A stretch of 64,000 nucleotides of DNA from Candidatus Versatilivorator sp. (GTDB taxonomy: Bacteria; Acidobacteriota; Terriglobia; Versatilivoradales; Versatilivoraceae): assembly GCA_965207735.1 (NCBI GenBank), contig OZ242296.1, positions 4,736,001-4,800,000 of the forward strand, given 5' to 3'. Under the pieces are notes generated by a model. The model did no database searches. It was not told the origin of the DNA and saw only the letters and a list, made by a program, of their open reading frames with translations. A program made the translations under genes and the position numbers. This document shows positions 27,050 to 37,040 of this stretch, in pieces (positions within the stretch are counted from its first letter, which is position 1; every line of letters starts with the position of its first letter).

Positions 27050-30000
27050 ATGGCCGTGAAAGAGCCTGAAGGGTCGAACCGTTCCTCCAACGGCCCCGCC
27101 GGGTCCGGAATGAGGCTGGCGGACTTTTCCATTCGCTACCCGGTGACCGTCCTCATGTTGTGCCTGTGTCTGCTGGTTCTGGGGGGCATCTCTCTGACCC
27201 GGATCCCGCTGGTGCTGACCCCCGACATCGATTTTCCCGGCGTCTTCGTGCATGTCCCCTACGCCAATGCCACTCCGGGCCAAGTGCAGGAGTCGATTAC
27301 CCGCCCGCTGGAGGAGGTGCTGGCGACCATTCCCGACGTGCAGCGGATGGTGTCCCGCTCTTCCGCCGATCAGGCCATGATCCAGATGTTTTTCGGTTGG
27401 GCGAGCAACGTGGACTTGCTGCGGTCGGAGGTCCGGGAAAAGGTGGAACAGGTGCGCTCCGAGCTTCCGGACGACGTGGAACGGATTCTGGTGAACAATT
27501 TCAGCACCACCGATTTTCCCATCATCCGGGGCCAGATCTCCTCCGGTCGAGACCTTCGCGGCTCCTTCGATTTCCTGGATGCCAGGATCCGAACTCCGCT
27601 GGAGCGCCTGCCGGGAGTGGCCGAAGCCGAAATCAGCGGCGCCGGCCGCCAGGAGGTCAACATCTACCTCCGGCTGGACGACATCAAGCGCTATCGGGTC
27701 GACGTGGCGCAGATGTTCCAGCGCATGGACGGCGCCAATATCAACCTTTCCCTGGGTCGAATGCAGGACGGCAGCACCCGCTACGGCGCCACGGCCCGGG
27801 GTTCCCTGACCTCGATGCAACAGATTGCCGACTTTCCGGTCAATCAGCGGGGGCTGCGGCTGCGAGAGGTCGCCGACATCTATTACGGCAGTCGTCCCGT
27901 AAACTCCGGCAAGCACCTGAACGGGGAACAGGCGGTTGAGCTGCAGATCCGCAAGACCTCCGAGGCCAATACGGTGGAAACGGTCAACGGGGTCATGGCG
28001 GTATTGGATCGGCTGAGCCGGGATTCGGCCCTGGAAGGCATCGAGGTCCAGGTCTGGCACAATGCCGGAAAGGAGATTATTCGGGCGCTGACCGGACTGC
28101 TGAATGCGGGCACACTGGGAGCCCTGTTGGCCATGGGGGTCCTCTACCTGTTTCTGAGACGGTTGGGAGCCACGCTGACCATCGGCTTCGCCATTCCCTT
28201 CTCCATCGTGGCCACCATTGGATTCCTCTACCTGTTCGGAAAGACCCTCAACGTCCTTTCCATGATGGGACTGATGCTGGCCGCCGGGATGCTGGTGGAC
28301 AACGCCGTTGTGGTGCTGGAGTCCATCTACCAGTGGCTGGAAAAGGGCTACGATCGGGTGAAGGCCGCCAGCCGCGGGACCCAGGCGGTAGCCATGGCGG
28401 TGCTGGCTGCCACCCTGACCTCCATCATCATCTTTGTGCCCCTGGTATTCGGCAAGACCAGTGCCTACTCGATCTGGTTGGCCGACGTGGGGGCCGCCAT
28501 CATGATCGCTCTGCTGTGTTCCCTGTTTATATCGCTGACTCTCATTCCCCTGGGGGCGGCCAGGCTGTTCGGTATCCGGTCCGCTCGCAATCCCGGGCCG
28601 GCCCCTGCGGCGGGTTCGGCCAGTGGCGGCGGAAATCCAACCTCCGCGGGAGAGGACGCCCCGCCGGCCGATTCCCGACCGAGCCGGTCGAGTTGGGGCG
28701 AGACGGTGGTGGAGAAATACCTGAGGCTGATGAGCTGGCCTCTGCGGCATCGTTTCCTGGTGGGTCTGTGTATCGTGCCTCTGATAGTTGTCGGTTCGCT
28801 GATGGCTCTCATTCACTGGGTTCCCGATAGCTCGCCCGAGGCCCGGGACCTGCAGAACCTGGATATTCGCTACGACTTCACCGAGAACTACCACTACGCC
28901 AAGATCGAAAGGGACTTCCTGGGGCCGGTCGAAGACTTCCTGATGGCCAACCGGGAGCCCTTCAAGATCTCGAACGTCTCCAGCAGCTTCAGCAACAACA
29001 ACGCTTCCACCCAGGTCTATTTCGACAACGAGAAGTTGACCCTGGAAGAGTTGCTCGATATCCGGCAGGAGATTCAGGATCGGCTGCCGGAAATTCCGGG
29101 CGCCGAGATCGAGCTGGGGCGGCAGGCAGGGGCCGAGTCTCAGACCTTTATCAGTGTGAACATGTACGGGGACGAAAACGTGCGGCTTCAGGCACTGGCC
29201 CGGGAGGCCAGGCGCCGGTTGAGGGACAAGGGCGTCTTTAACGAAATCCAGGCCGGGAACGAACGTGCCCGCGAGGAGGTCCAGATTGTCCTGAAGCGGG
29301 ACCTGGCTCGCCGCTACGGGGTCTCTCCCCAGTCAGTGGCCCGACTCCTGGGAATTGTCATCCGCGGACGGGAGATCCGGGGCTACCGCACGCCCGAGGG
29401 AGAAGTGGAGATCTGGCTCTGGCTTCAGCCCGGGGACCGGGAAGATATGGGAGACCTGAAGTCGGTGGCGGTGGGGAACGGACCCGAGGGCCAGGAGATC
29501 CTGCTCTCCCAGGTGGCCGAGTTCCGCCGCATCGACACGCCTTCCGTCCTTCGCCGGGAAAACCGCCGCACCTATACCGAGATCGGCGTGAGCTACTCGG
29601 GTGGCAAGTCGGATGAGGGGAAGAAACTGATGAGCGAGGTGATGGACAGCCTGGAATACCCCGCCGGCTACGGATGGACTTACGGGTTCTGGACGCAGCG
29701 GCAGGAGCAGGACAATGTGGACTTCATTCTCAATCTGCTGCTGGCCTTCCTGATGGTCTACTTCGTGATGGCTTCCCTGTTCGAGTCCCTGGCCCACCCG
29801 TTCGCCATCATGTTCTCCCTTCCCTTCGCCCTGGTGGGAGTCACCTGGTTTCTCTTCCTGACCGGGACCCCTTTCAACCTCATGTCCCAGATCGGCCTCA
29901 TGGTTCTCTTGGGGGTCGTGGTGAACAACGGCATCGTGCTCATCGCCCATATCAACAACCTTCGCCGCCAGGGGTTGGGGCGGTCCGAGGCCATCCTCAC

Positions 30001-30253
30001 CGGGTGCCGGGAGCGGTTCCGCCCCATTCTCATGACGGCGGCCACCACCGTGGTGGGGCTCATTCCCCTGGCGCTGGGCACCACCGGAATGTTCCAGCTT
30101 CGCTATTTCCCGCTGGCCCGCACCGTCATGGGAGGCTTGATCTCCTCGACCCTCCTCACCCTGGTGGTCCTGCCCGCCTACTACACGCTCTTCGACGACC
30201 TGGCCGGATGGCTCAAGCGCATCTGGTGGCAGAGCAAGCCGACCCGTTCGTGA
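27050..30253 (+). CDS. RND (AcrB-family) permease 2
   Basis: SIRYPV, GMLVDNAVVV, VNNGIVL, RFRPILMT; start may be 27110. Confidence 0.95.
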   Translation: MAVKEPEGSNRSSNGPAGSGMRLADFSIRYPVTVLMLCLCLLVLGGISLTRIPLVLTPDIDFPGVFVHVPYANATPGQVQESITRPLEEVLATIPDVQRMVSRSSADQAMIQMFFGWASNVDLLRSEVREKVEQVRSELPDDVERILVNNFSTTDFPIIRGQISSGRDLRGSFDFLDARIRTPLERLPGVAEAEISGAGRQEVNIYLRLDDIKRYRVDVAQMFQRMDGANINLSLGRMQDGSTRYGATARGSLTSMQQIADFPVNQRGLRLREVADIYYGSRPVNSGKHLNGEQAVELQIRKTSEANTVETVNGVMAVLDRLSRDSALEGIEVQVWHNAGKEIIRALTGLLNAGTLGALLAMGVLYLFLRRLGATLTIGFAIPFSIVATIGFLYLFGKTLNVLSMMGLMLAAGMLVDNAVVVLESIYQWLEKGYDRVKAASRGTQAVAMAVLAATLTSIIIFVPLVFGKTSAYSIWLADVGAAIMIALLCSLFISLTLIPLGAARLFGIRSARNPGPAPAAGSASGGGNPTSAGEDAPPADSRPSRSSWGETVVEKYLRLMSWPLRHRFLVGLCIVPLIVVGSLMALIHWVPDSSPEARDLQNLDIRYDFTENYHYAKIERDFLGPVEDFLMANREPFKISNVSSSFSNNNASTQVYFDNEKLTLEELLDIRQEIQDRLPEIPGAEIELGRQAGAESQTFISVNMYGDENVRLQALAREARRRLRDKGVFNEIQAGNERAREEVQIVLKRDLARRYGVSPQSVARLLGIVIRGREIRGYRTPEGEVEIWLWLQPGDREDMGDLKSVAVGNGPEGQEILLSQVAEFRRIDTPSVLRRENRRTYTEIGVSYSGGKSDEGKKLMSEVMDSLEYPAGYGWTYGFWTQRQEQDNVDFILNLLLAFLMVYFVMASLFESLAHPFAIMFSLPFALVGVTWFLFLTGTPFNLMSQIGLMVLLGVVVNNGIVLIAHINNLRRQGLGRSEAILTGCRERFRPILMTAATTVVGLIPLALGTTGMFQLRYFPLARTVMGGLISSTLLTLVVLPAYYTLFDDLAGWLKRIWWQSKPTRS

Positions 30254-30272
30254 GCGGGGACGCCGTTCTTAA

Positions 30273-30345
30273 TCCGCCGCCTACGCGGCTAGGGCGGCGC
30301 GAGCTCACACGCCCCCGGGCTTCCACCCGGGGCTACACGCGGCCG
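30273..30345 (+). repeat. REP-like family B variant
   Basis: ccgccgcctacgcggct hairpin plus ccccgggcttccacccggggctac hairpin. Confidence 0.65.
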
Positions 30346-30427
30346 CAGCTTTGGGGCAACCCGTGCCGTTGAAGCAGGTCCGTCTCGCTTTGTGGCTCTG
30401 CGAGTACTGCTGATCGGCTCTTCCGCA

Positions 30428-30730
30428 ACGCCGAGTTTGCCCCCCACCGGATCGACGGCGGGCTTCGCCCTTGTCTCTCCGACTCCCCCTCAAGGGGGGA
30501 GTGATACTCGAGGCTTGCATGGGGCGCCTTGCCCGATTCGCGGGCGGGATGTAAACCATGTTCCCGGTCTAAAGTGTAGACGCCGTTCCCGGTTAGTGCC
30601 CGGGTATCACTCCCCCCTTGAGGGGGAGTCGCAGAAGCCGAGCCGCAGGCGAAGGCTGATGCGGTGGGGGTAGGCGCCGGCGTCCGCGAACGGCAGCGCC
30701 GAACGGTGAAGGCTGATGCGGTGGGGGGTG
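30428..30730. repeat. Family A inverted pair mosaic
   Basis: Cores at 30481-30507 (-) and 30605-30631 (+); the enclosed sequence is a reverse-complement homolog of 16681-16745. Confidence 0.88.
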
Positions 30731-30741
30731 GTCTGCTTCCA

Positions 30742-32502
30742 TTACCAGAAGACCACGAACGTCAGAACACATCCCACCGCCAGGGCCAGGATGCTGAGCA
30801 GGGCCGGCAGGCGCTGGTCTTGGGGAGCGCGCTTGGCGATCTCACTCTGAATCTGACGAATCTTGAGTTGGCTGGAACGCAGCCAGGCGCTCTTCTCCTG
30901 GCGGTCGGTCAGGTCGAATGCGCTGCCGCTGTCCCATCCGGCCACCAGGGAAACCACCACCATGGTTCCGGCCGTCACCAGCATGCTGAAGGGATAGGCG
31001 GCGTAGGTCCCCATCATCGCCGGTGGCAGCAGGACCCAACCCGTCTGTTCCGCCACCAGAGGCGCCGCCAGACGCAACAAGCCGTAAGAGGCGCCCGCCA
31101 GCAAGCCGATCAGGCCGCTCGAGCGGTGGACCCGGGTGAAGCTTCCCATGAGGTAAAGGGTCAGCAGGGGAATCACAAAGGCGCTGGTCAAGTCCAGATA
31201 GTAGAGGACCATGCCGCCTTTCAGCAGGCCGGGGACGTAGAGAAAGGAGACGCCGATCACCGCCGGGGTCAGCCACTGGCTGACCCGCAGGTAATGGCGG
31301 TCGTCCCGCCCCGGAACCAGCAGGCGGGCGTAGACGTCGCGGGTGAGCAGAGCCGAGAGCGCCGAGCCGATGGAGTCATAGGTCGACAGGGAGGCCGCCA
31401 GTATGCCCGCGACCACGATCCCTTTCAGTCCCACGGTCTCGATCTGGCTGACCAGCAGGGGATAGATGGCGTCCTGGCGCCCGTCGGGCAGGGCGCTCTG
31501 CACCGGGTAGAGGGCCCTGCCCATTACGCCCATGGACAGATTGAAGAAAGTCATCACCATGGTTACGGAACTGGCCGCAAACACCGACATCTTCAGGTCC
31601 CATTCGCTGCGGGCGGCGAACATCCTCATCACCTGGGTGTGGTTGACGATGGCATAGGCCATTCCCATGATCACCAGCGCCAGGGTCACGAGCCACCCGG
31701 GAGTGTGGTGACGGATGGTCTCCGAGGCCGGGTCGTGGATTCCGCCCAGGCCGAGCTTCCGCTGGACTTCCACGGATGACTCGCCGGCTACCGTCTCGGT
31801 CCGGACGTCTTCGTGGCCAATGTGCAGCAGCCGGGCTGCCACGGCCGGATCGTGGTCGTTGAGGCGCCGCTCCAATCCCTCCCAGCCTCCCACCTGGCCC
31901 CACACCAGGAACCAGATGATGAGGCCGGCAGCGGTCATGACCAGGAATTGCAGGCTGTCGGTCATGGCCACCGACCGCAGTCCCCCGAAAGCCGTGTAGA
32001 TGGCGGCCAGGGCGGCGATCGCACCCACCACCGTCCAGGCGGCCGCATCCGAGAGGCCGCACACGATCGAAAGGGTCAGGAACAGGGTGGTGGCGATGAT
32101 TCCCAGCACCAACGTGCGGTACTGCACCTGAACGAAGGCGCAGATGACCCGGGCGGCGGTTCCGAAGCGAGCCTCCAGGTATTCGGCGTTGGTGTAGAGC
32201 CCGGCCCGGTACATGGGCAGGCAGATGAAAAAGGCCGCCAGGGTCCAACCCAGCACCGACCCCACCCAGTTGGTGGCGAAGTAGCTGAATCCCAGCAGGT
32301 AGGTGCCGCCGGCATCGGCCACCAGGTCGCTGGAGTCGATGGCGGTTGCATACATCGAAAAACCCACCAGCCACCAGGGAAGACTGCGTCCCGCCAGGAA
32401 CCAATCGGCGCTGGAGCGCACCCCCCGGCTCAGGTAGAACCCGTAGAGGATGATGACTCCGTTGAGCGCAACCGCCAGCGTCCAGTCCCAGGAGCTCATG
32501 AT
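30742..32502 (-). CDS. Sodium:solute symporter (SSS family)
   Basis: WFLAGRSLPWW, EYLEARF, YTAFGGLRSVAMTD, GILAASLST. Confidence 0.92.
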   Translation of the reverse strand: MMSSWDWTLAVALNGVIILYGFYLSRGVRSSADWFLAGRSLPWWLVGFSMYATAIDSSDLVADAGGTYLLGFSYFATNWVGSVLGWTLAAFFICLPMYRAGLYTNAEYLEARFGTAARVICAFVQVQYRTLVLGIIATTLFLTLSIVCGLSDAAAWTVVGAIAALAAIYTAFGGLRSVAMTDSLQFLVMTAAGLIIWFLVWGQVGGWEGLERRLNDHDPAVAARLLHIGHEDVRTETVAGESSVEVQRKLGLGGIHDPASETIRHHTPGWLVTLALVIMGMAYAIVNHTQVMRMFAARSEWDLKMSVFAASSVTMVMTFFNLSMGVMGRALYPVQSALPDGRQDAIYPLLVSQIETVGLKGIVVAGILAASLSTYDSIGSALSALLTRDVYARLLVPGRDDRHYLRVSQWLTPAVIGVSFLYVPGLLKGGMVLYYLDLTSAFVIPLLTLYLMGSFTRVHRSSGLIGLLAGASYGLLRLAAPLVAEQTGWVLLPPAMMGTYAAYPFSMLVTAGTMVVVSLVAGWDSGSAFDLTDRQEKSAWLRSSQLKIRQIQSEIAKRAPQDQRLPALLSILALAVGCVLTFVVFW

Positions 32503-32756
32503 CACAACCTATTTTGGGAACGGCCGGAGGAGACTTCCCGAGGCAATCGGCGGAACCGGCCAGCCCCCCCAAGCGCCCGACCATTCTGCAGGAGAAAGAC
32601 CGCCAACTCAAGGGTGCAAGGGGCTGGGGTCGGGTGGAAGCGCTTGGGCAGAAGCCCTATCCCCCTATGGTATGCTGTGCCCAATTTGAGCTGCCGCGCG
32701 GGGTTGCCGTAGCGTTCGCCCGCGGGCTCGCTCCGCTTGAGTTGAGGAGACAATCG

Positions 32757-33689
32757 ATGAAACTGGCGACATTGAGGAAGGACGGCGGCAGTTGTGTGGC
32801 GGCGATCGTCCCGGACGGGGACAAGCTGATAGACCTCGAGCAGGCATCCCGAGAGACGGGATTTTCCACCGAGCTCTTCGGCGACATGATCACGTTCTTG
32901 GAGAGCGGGGCCGAGGGAAGGTCGCTGGCCGGCAGGCTGATCGATCACGGGCTGGCCGAGGGGCGGGGAAGGGCGTTCCGGATGGAGGAGCTGCAAGCCC
33001 CGGTTCCCTGTCCGCGAAAACTCTTCTGCCTGGCCGGCAACTACCTGGAGCATATCGAGGAGGGAGGGGGAGTTGCGGCACCCCAGGACAAGGAGACTCC
33101 CCGGATCTTCATGAAGCCCCCCTCCAGCACCGTGGTCGGGCCGGGCGGGGACATCCGCATTTCGCCGGTGTGCCGGGCCATCGACTGGGAAGGAGAGCTG
33201 GGCGTGGTCATGGGGCGGCGGGTCAAGGCGGTCAAGGCCGACCGGGCTCTCGACTACGTGGCCGGCTACACCATCGTGAACGACGTCTCGGAACGGGATC
33301 TGAAAATCTGGGGGCGTTCCGAAAGCCGGTCCGAGGACTCGTTTTTCGACTGGCTCAACGGCAAGTGGTACGACACCTTTGCCCCCATGGGGCCCTGGCT
33401 CGTCACCACCGAAGACATCCCCGACCCCCAGACGCTGCAGCTCAGCACCTATGTCAACCAGGAACGCAAGCAGAACTGCAGCACGGCTCAGATGATCTTT
33501 CCGGTAGCCATGATCATCGAGTACCTGTCCACCATGGTGACCCTGGAGCCGGGGGATGTCATCAGCACCGGAACGGTGGCCGGCGTGGGAGCCGTCAGCG
33601 GTCAGTACCTGCGGGCGGGGGATCGGGTCAGAGTGGAAATCAGCGGGATTGGTCGGCTCGAAAACCAGGTTGTGGACAGCCCCGATTAG
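32757..33689 (+). CDS. Fumarylacetoacetate hydrolase-family protein
   Basis: GNYLEH, FMKP, DWEGELGVV, VNDVSERD, GKWYDTFAPMGP, LEPGDVISTGT; RBS GAGGAG. Confidence 0.92.
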   Translation: MKLATLRKDGGSCVAAIVPDGDKLIDLEQASRETGFSTELFGDMITFLESGAEGRSLAGRLIDHGLAEGRGRAFRMEELQAPVPCPRKLFCLAGNYLEHIEEGGGVAAPQDKETPRIFMKPPSSTVVGPGGDIRISPVCRAIDWEGELGVVMGRRVKAVKADRALDYVAGYTIVNDVSERDLKIWGRSESRSEDSFFDWLNGKWYDTFAPMGPWLVTTEDIPDPQTLQLSTYVNQERKQNCSTAQMIFPVAMIIEYLSTMVTLEPGDVISTGTVAGVGAVSGQYLRAGDRVRVEISGIGRLENQVVDSPD

Positions 33690-33732
33690 CGTTCGCTGCC
33701 CCGGTGGACCGGTTTGGATCAGGAGAAAAGCC

Positions 33733-34938
33733 ATGAACCACCCGTCCTTGCCTCCGGACGACAGGCTCAACGCCTTCTGCCCGGACAGCCGGGCCTATCT
33801 GCCAGGGGAGGATGGGGGCTCCTTGGCCGGGCTGACTTTCGCCGCCAAGGACATCTTCGACGTCAAGGGTCATGTGACCGGAGGGGGCAATCCCGACTGG
33901 AAGGCCAGTCAACCGGCCGCCGAAGCCACCGCCTGGGCCGTGGAGGTGCTGGTGGGCGCCGGGGGCACCATGGTGGGGAAGACCCACACCGATGAGTTGA
34001 CCCGTGGAATTCTGGGCCTCAATGCCCACTACGGCACACCGCTGAACCCGAGAGCCCCGGGCCGGGTTCCGGGGGGCTCCTCCAGCGGCTCGGCGGCTGC
34101 AGTGGCGGGCGGCCTGGTCGATTTCGCCCTGGGTTCCGACACCGGCGGCTCGGTTCGAATACCGGCCAGCTTCTGCGGACTCTACGGGCTGCGACCCACT
34201 CACGGGCGCATTTCCCTGGACGGAATGCTGCTGCAGGCGCCCAGCTACGACACCGTGGGCTGGTTTGCCCGAGACGCAGGCCTGTTTGCCCGGGTGGGGT
34301 CGGTGCTGCTTCAGACCGAGATCGGCCCGGCTCGGCCGCGCCGCCTGGTGGTGGCCGAGGATGCCTTTGAGGTGGCTGACCAGTCGGTCCGGGCGGCCCT
34401 CGAGCCCCTGGTGGAGCGGCTGGGTGCCTTGATTGGCCTCTCCAGCCGGGAGCGGCTGGCCCCCACCAGCCTCTCGGACTGGGCTGCCGGGCAGCGGGTA
34501 CGGGCAAGCAGCGAGGCCTGGGCGGTAGTCAGGGAATGGATCGACCGCATGAACCCCAGGATGAGCTTTCAGGTGGCGGAGAGTTGCCTGGCCGGCAGAA
34601 GCGTGACACCCGAGGAGGTAGCCGCTGGCCTGGCGGATCGGCAAAAGGTAATGGCCCGCATGAGGACCCTGCTGGCCGGAGATACGGTGGTCTGTCTGCC
34701 CACGGCTCCCACGCCGGCCCCTCCCCGGGCGCAAACCATGTCCGAGCGGCGCCCCATGACCTCCCGCATTGTGCAGTTGACCTGCACCGCCGGAACTATG
34801 GGGGCGCCTCAAATCAACCTGCCCTGGGCCGAGGCGGAGGGGCTGCCGGTGGGACTTTCCCTGATCGCGGCTCCGGGGTCGGACGAGATGCTGATCGCTT
34901 TCGCCCGCGAAGCGGCTGCAATGCTGCAGGTCGAATAA
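33733..34938 (+). CDS. Amidase signature family protein
   Basis: KDIFDV, GKTHTDEL, PGGSSSGSAAAV, GSDTGGSVRIPAS; RBS AGGAG. Confidence 0.93.
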   Translation: MNHPSLPPDDRLNAFCPDSRAYLPGEDGGSLAGLTFAAKDIFDVKGHVTGGGNPDWKASQPAAEATAWAVEVLVGAGGTMVGKTHTDELTRGILGLNAHYGTPLNPRAPGRVPGGSSSGSAAAVAGGLVDFALGSDTGGSVRIPASFCGLYGLRPTHGRISLDGMLLQAPSYDTVGWFARDAGLFARVGSVLLQTEIGPARPRRLVVAEDAFEVADQSVRAALEPLVERLGALIGLSSRERLAPTSLSDWAAGQRVRASSEAWAVVREWIDRMNPRMSFQVAESCLAGRSVTPEEVAAGLADRQKVMARMRTLLAGDTVVCLPTAPTPAPPRAQTMSERRPMTSRIVQLTCTAGTMGAPQINLPWAEAEGLPVGLSLIAAPGSDEMLIAFAREAAAMLQVE

Positions 34939-34954
34939 AGTCGTCCGGCAAATG

Positions 34955-35013
34955 TTGCAATTGGCCGCTCCCGAAACTTGCAATCGGCCGCTTGGCAAAC
35001 TTGCAGTTAGCCG
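34955..35013 (+). promoter_or_regulatory. Three direct repeats with 23 bp period (candidate operator array)
   Basis: TTGCAATTGGCCG (34955), TTGCAATCGGCCG (34978), TTGCAGTTAGCCG (35001). Confidence 0.5.
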
Positions 35014-35024
35014 AACTATTCTGA

Positions 35025-35510
35025 ATGCTGATTTCGATCCTGTTATGGACCCTGGCCCTGCTGCTGGTGGCGGTGGGGGTGGCGGGGACGATCATGCCGG
35101 GGCTGCCGGGCACCGTGCTGGTGCTGGCCGGCTTGGTGCTGGCTGCCTGGATCGATGGGTTCTCCCGCATCGGCGGTGTAACGGTAGCAGTGCTGGTGGG
35201 CCTCACCCTGCTGGCCTACGCGGCCGACTTTGTCGCGGGAGCCCTTGGGGCCAAGCGTTCGGGCGCCAGTGGGCGGGCCGCGGCCGGAGCCGGGCTGGGT
35301 GCGCTGGTGGGGCTGTTCTTCGGCATCGTCGGGGTGCTGGTCGGCCCCTTCCTGGGGGCGGTGCTGGGTGAGCTGAGCCTCCACGGCAACCTGGAAAGGG
35401 CCGGCCGCGCGGGCATCGGCACCTGGCTGGGAATGGTCGTGGGCACGGCGGTCAAGGTGTCGCTGGTCTTCATGATGATTGCGGTCTTTCTGCTGGCCTA
35501 TTTCTTCTAG
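35025..35510 (+). CDS. DUF456-like membrane protein
   Basis: GTIMPGLPG, GAKRSGAS, GPFLGAVLGE pattern. Confidence 0.85.
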   Translation: MLISILLWTLALLLVAVGVAGTIMPGLPGTVLVLAGLVLAAWIDGFSRIGGVTVAVLVGLTLLAYAADFVAGALGAKRSGASGRAAAGAGLGALVGLFFGIVGVLVGPFLGAVLGELSLHGNLERAGRAGIGTWLGMVVGTAVKVSLVFMMIAVFLLAYFF

Positions 35511-35633
35511 ACGAAGGAGTGCTCCACCGTCTTCGCGCCCGTCGGTGCAGCATCGGGACCGCGTGATTCTTGAAATTTCCGCCGATTGCGGCTAATTTGC
35601 AGCCTATTCCCCTTTCGGTTTCGACCGCAGGGC

Positions 35634-35665
35634 GCGGGGCCTCTTCGGAGGCCCCTGCTTTTTTT
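35634..35665 (+). terminator. Rho-independent terminator
   Basis: ggggcctc-TTCG-gaggcccc stem followed by T7. Confidence 0.8.
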
Positions 35666-35690
35666 GGGCCGGAATCGATTGGGGCGGATC

Positions 35691-37040
35691 TCAGGCCTTG
35701 TGCTTCAGCCCACGCCAGTCCAGGTGACGGGTCAGGTACATGGTGACGGCCAGCGCCAGGAAGAGGCCGAGGGAGCCGACCAGCAGGGCGTAGTCCTGAT
35801 TGCGAAGCAGGATATAGAGGTACCCGTACAAGAGCCCCAGGATGACGGCCATCAAGGCGGCCCCGCGGGGCTTGCCCAGCACCGACAGGCTGTAGCTGAC
35901 GAGCAGGACCACGGTGGAGACGCCGGCCAGAAGATAGGCCGGGCCGAAACCCAGGTGCTCGGAAAGGGAAAGCACCAGCAGATAGAACAGGCACATCCCC
36001 GCGCCCATCAGCAGGTATTGCAGCGTGTGAATCCGCAATCCCGAGAGAACTTCATAGAGCCACAGGGTGATGAAGGTCAGAGCCAGGAACAGGATGGCGT
36101 ACTTGACGCTGCGATCGACCATCCGATAGGGGTCGACCGGTGTTGCCAGTGTCAGGCCGAAGCGGGAGGGTGGGATCGAGGACGGGGCGGTTTGGGAGGT
36201 CCACCTCTGAGGGTAGCTGCGTCCCAGGAAGGGTATGCTCCAACTGGCCTCGAACCCCCGGTCCGTCACCGTGCGCTCGACCGGGAGCCAGTTTCCCTGG
36301 AAGCTGGGATGGGGCCAGTTCGACTGCAGGTCGACGGTGGTCTGCTTGCCGAAGGGTGAAAAGAAAACAGCCCCGCTGCCATTGAGCTCCAGCGGAAATT
36401 TGAAATCGAAGGCTGCTCCCTTCAGCCGCTCTCGCAGGCTGGCGTGAATTCCGGGAAGGTCGCCGCTGGATTCCCCCGATCCGGGCTGAAAGGGAAGACT
36501 TTGGCCGTTCCAGGAGAGCACGGCTGAATTCTGGATGGCTCGGGGATCGGAGATATTCACCGAGAGATGGGCGCGGTCCCAGAGAATAGCCTCCGGTCGG
36601 ACTCCCCATTCGCTGAAGTCGGGCTCGGCGAACGCACCCCGCAATTCCAGGGCCAATCGATACACAGGAACCTCGAAGATGCCCCGATAGCGCAGGTGGG
36701 TCTCGGCCCTGCCGGAGATGGTGAGCCTTTCCGCCAGAAAGTGTCCGTAGACCACTTCGGTGCGGGTGGAGAGTTCACCCTCGGCGGTCCGCTCGCTGTG
36801 GTGTTCCAGGTAGGGGATGACAATCCGGGGGCCCGCCAGGGACTGCTCCTTGCCCCACTTGGAGGTAACTTCCCGTGTGGCTTCTTGCTGTCTCGTCTGG
36901 CGCTCCGAAGTCACGTTGTAAATCAGCAGGATGGGAATCTGCAGCAGGAGCACCAGCAGCCCCAGCAGGCAGGCCCGCCAAAGGGGTGAGTTCAGGAAAG
37001 CCTGCCGGTTGAGCAGGGATCTGGGCGATTCGGTTGACAT
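35691..37040 (-). CDS. creD: Inner membrane protein CreD
   Basis: RYRGIFEVPVY, SNWPHPSFQG, RSVKYAILF, QYLLMG, LSLSEHLGF, DYALLVGS. Confidence 0.92.
   Translation of the reverse strand: MSTESPRSLLNRQAFLNSPLWRACLLGLLVLLLQIPILLIYNVTSERQTRQQEATREVTSKWGKEQSLAGPRIVIPYLEHHSERTAEGELSTRTEVVYGHFLAERLTISGRAETHLRYRGIFEVPVYRLALELRGAFAEPDFSEWGVRPEAILWDRAHLSVNISDPRAIQNSAVLSWNGQSLPFQPGSGESSGDLPGIHASLRERLKGAAFDFKFPLELNGSGAVFFSPFGKQTTVDLQSNWPHPSFQGNWLPVERTVTDRGFEASWSIPFLGRSYPQRWTSQTAPSSIPPSRFGLTLATPVDPYRMVDRSVKYAILFLALTFITLWLYEVLSGLRIHTLQYLLMGAGMCLFYLLVLSLSEHLGFGPAYLLAGVSTVVLLVSYSLSVLGKPRGAALMAVILGLLYGYLYILLRNQDYALLVGSLGLFLALAVTMYLTRHLDWRGLKHKA

Noticed and set aside
23444-28894. 1816 aa minus-strand ORF and other long antisense ORFs (e.g. 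1324-3114, 8266-10428, 46563-48641, 59396-61642)
   Set aside because: Shadows of clear genes on the opposite strand in GC-rich DNA; no recognisable motifs
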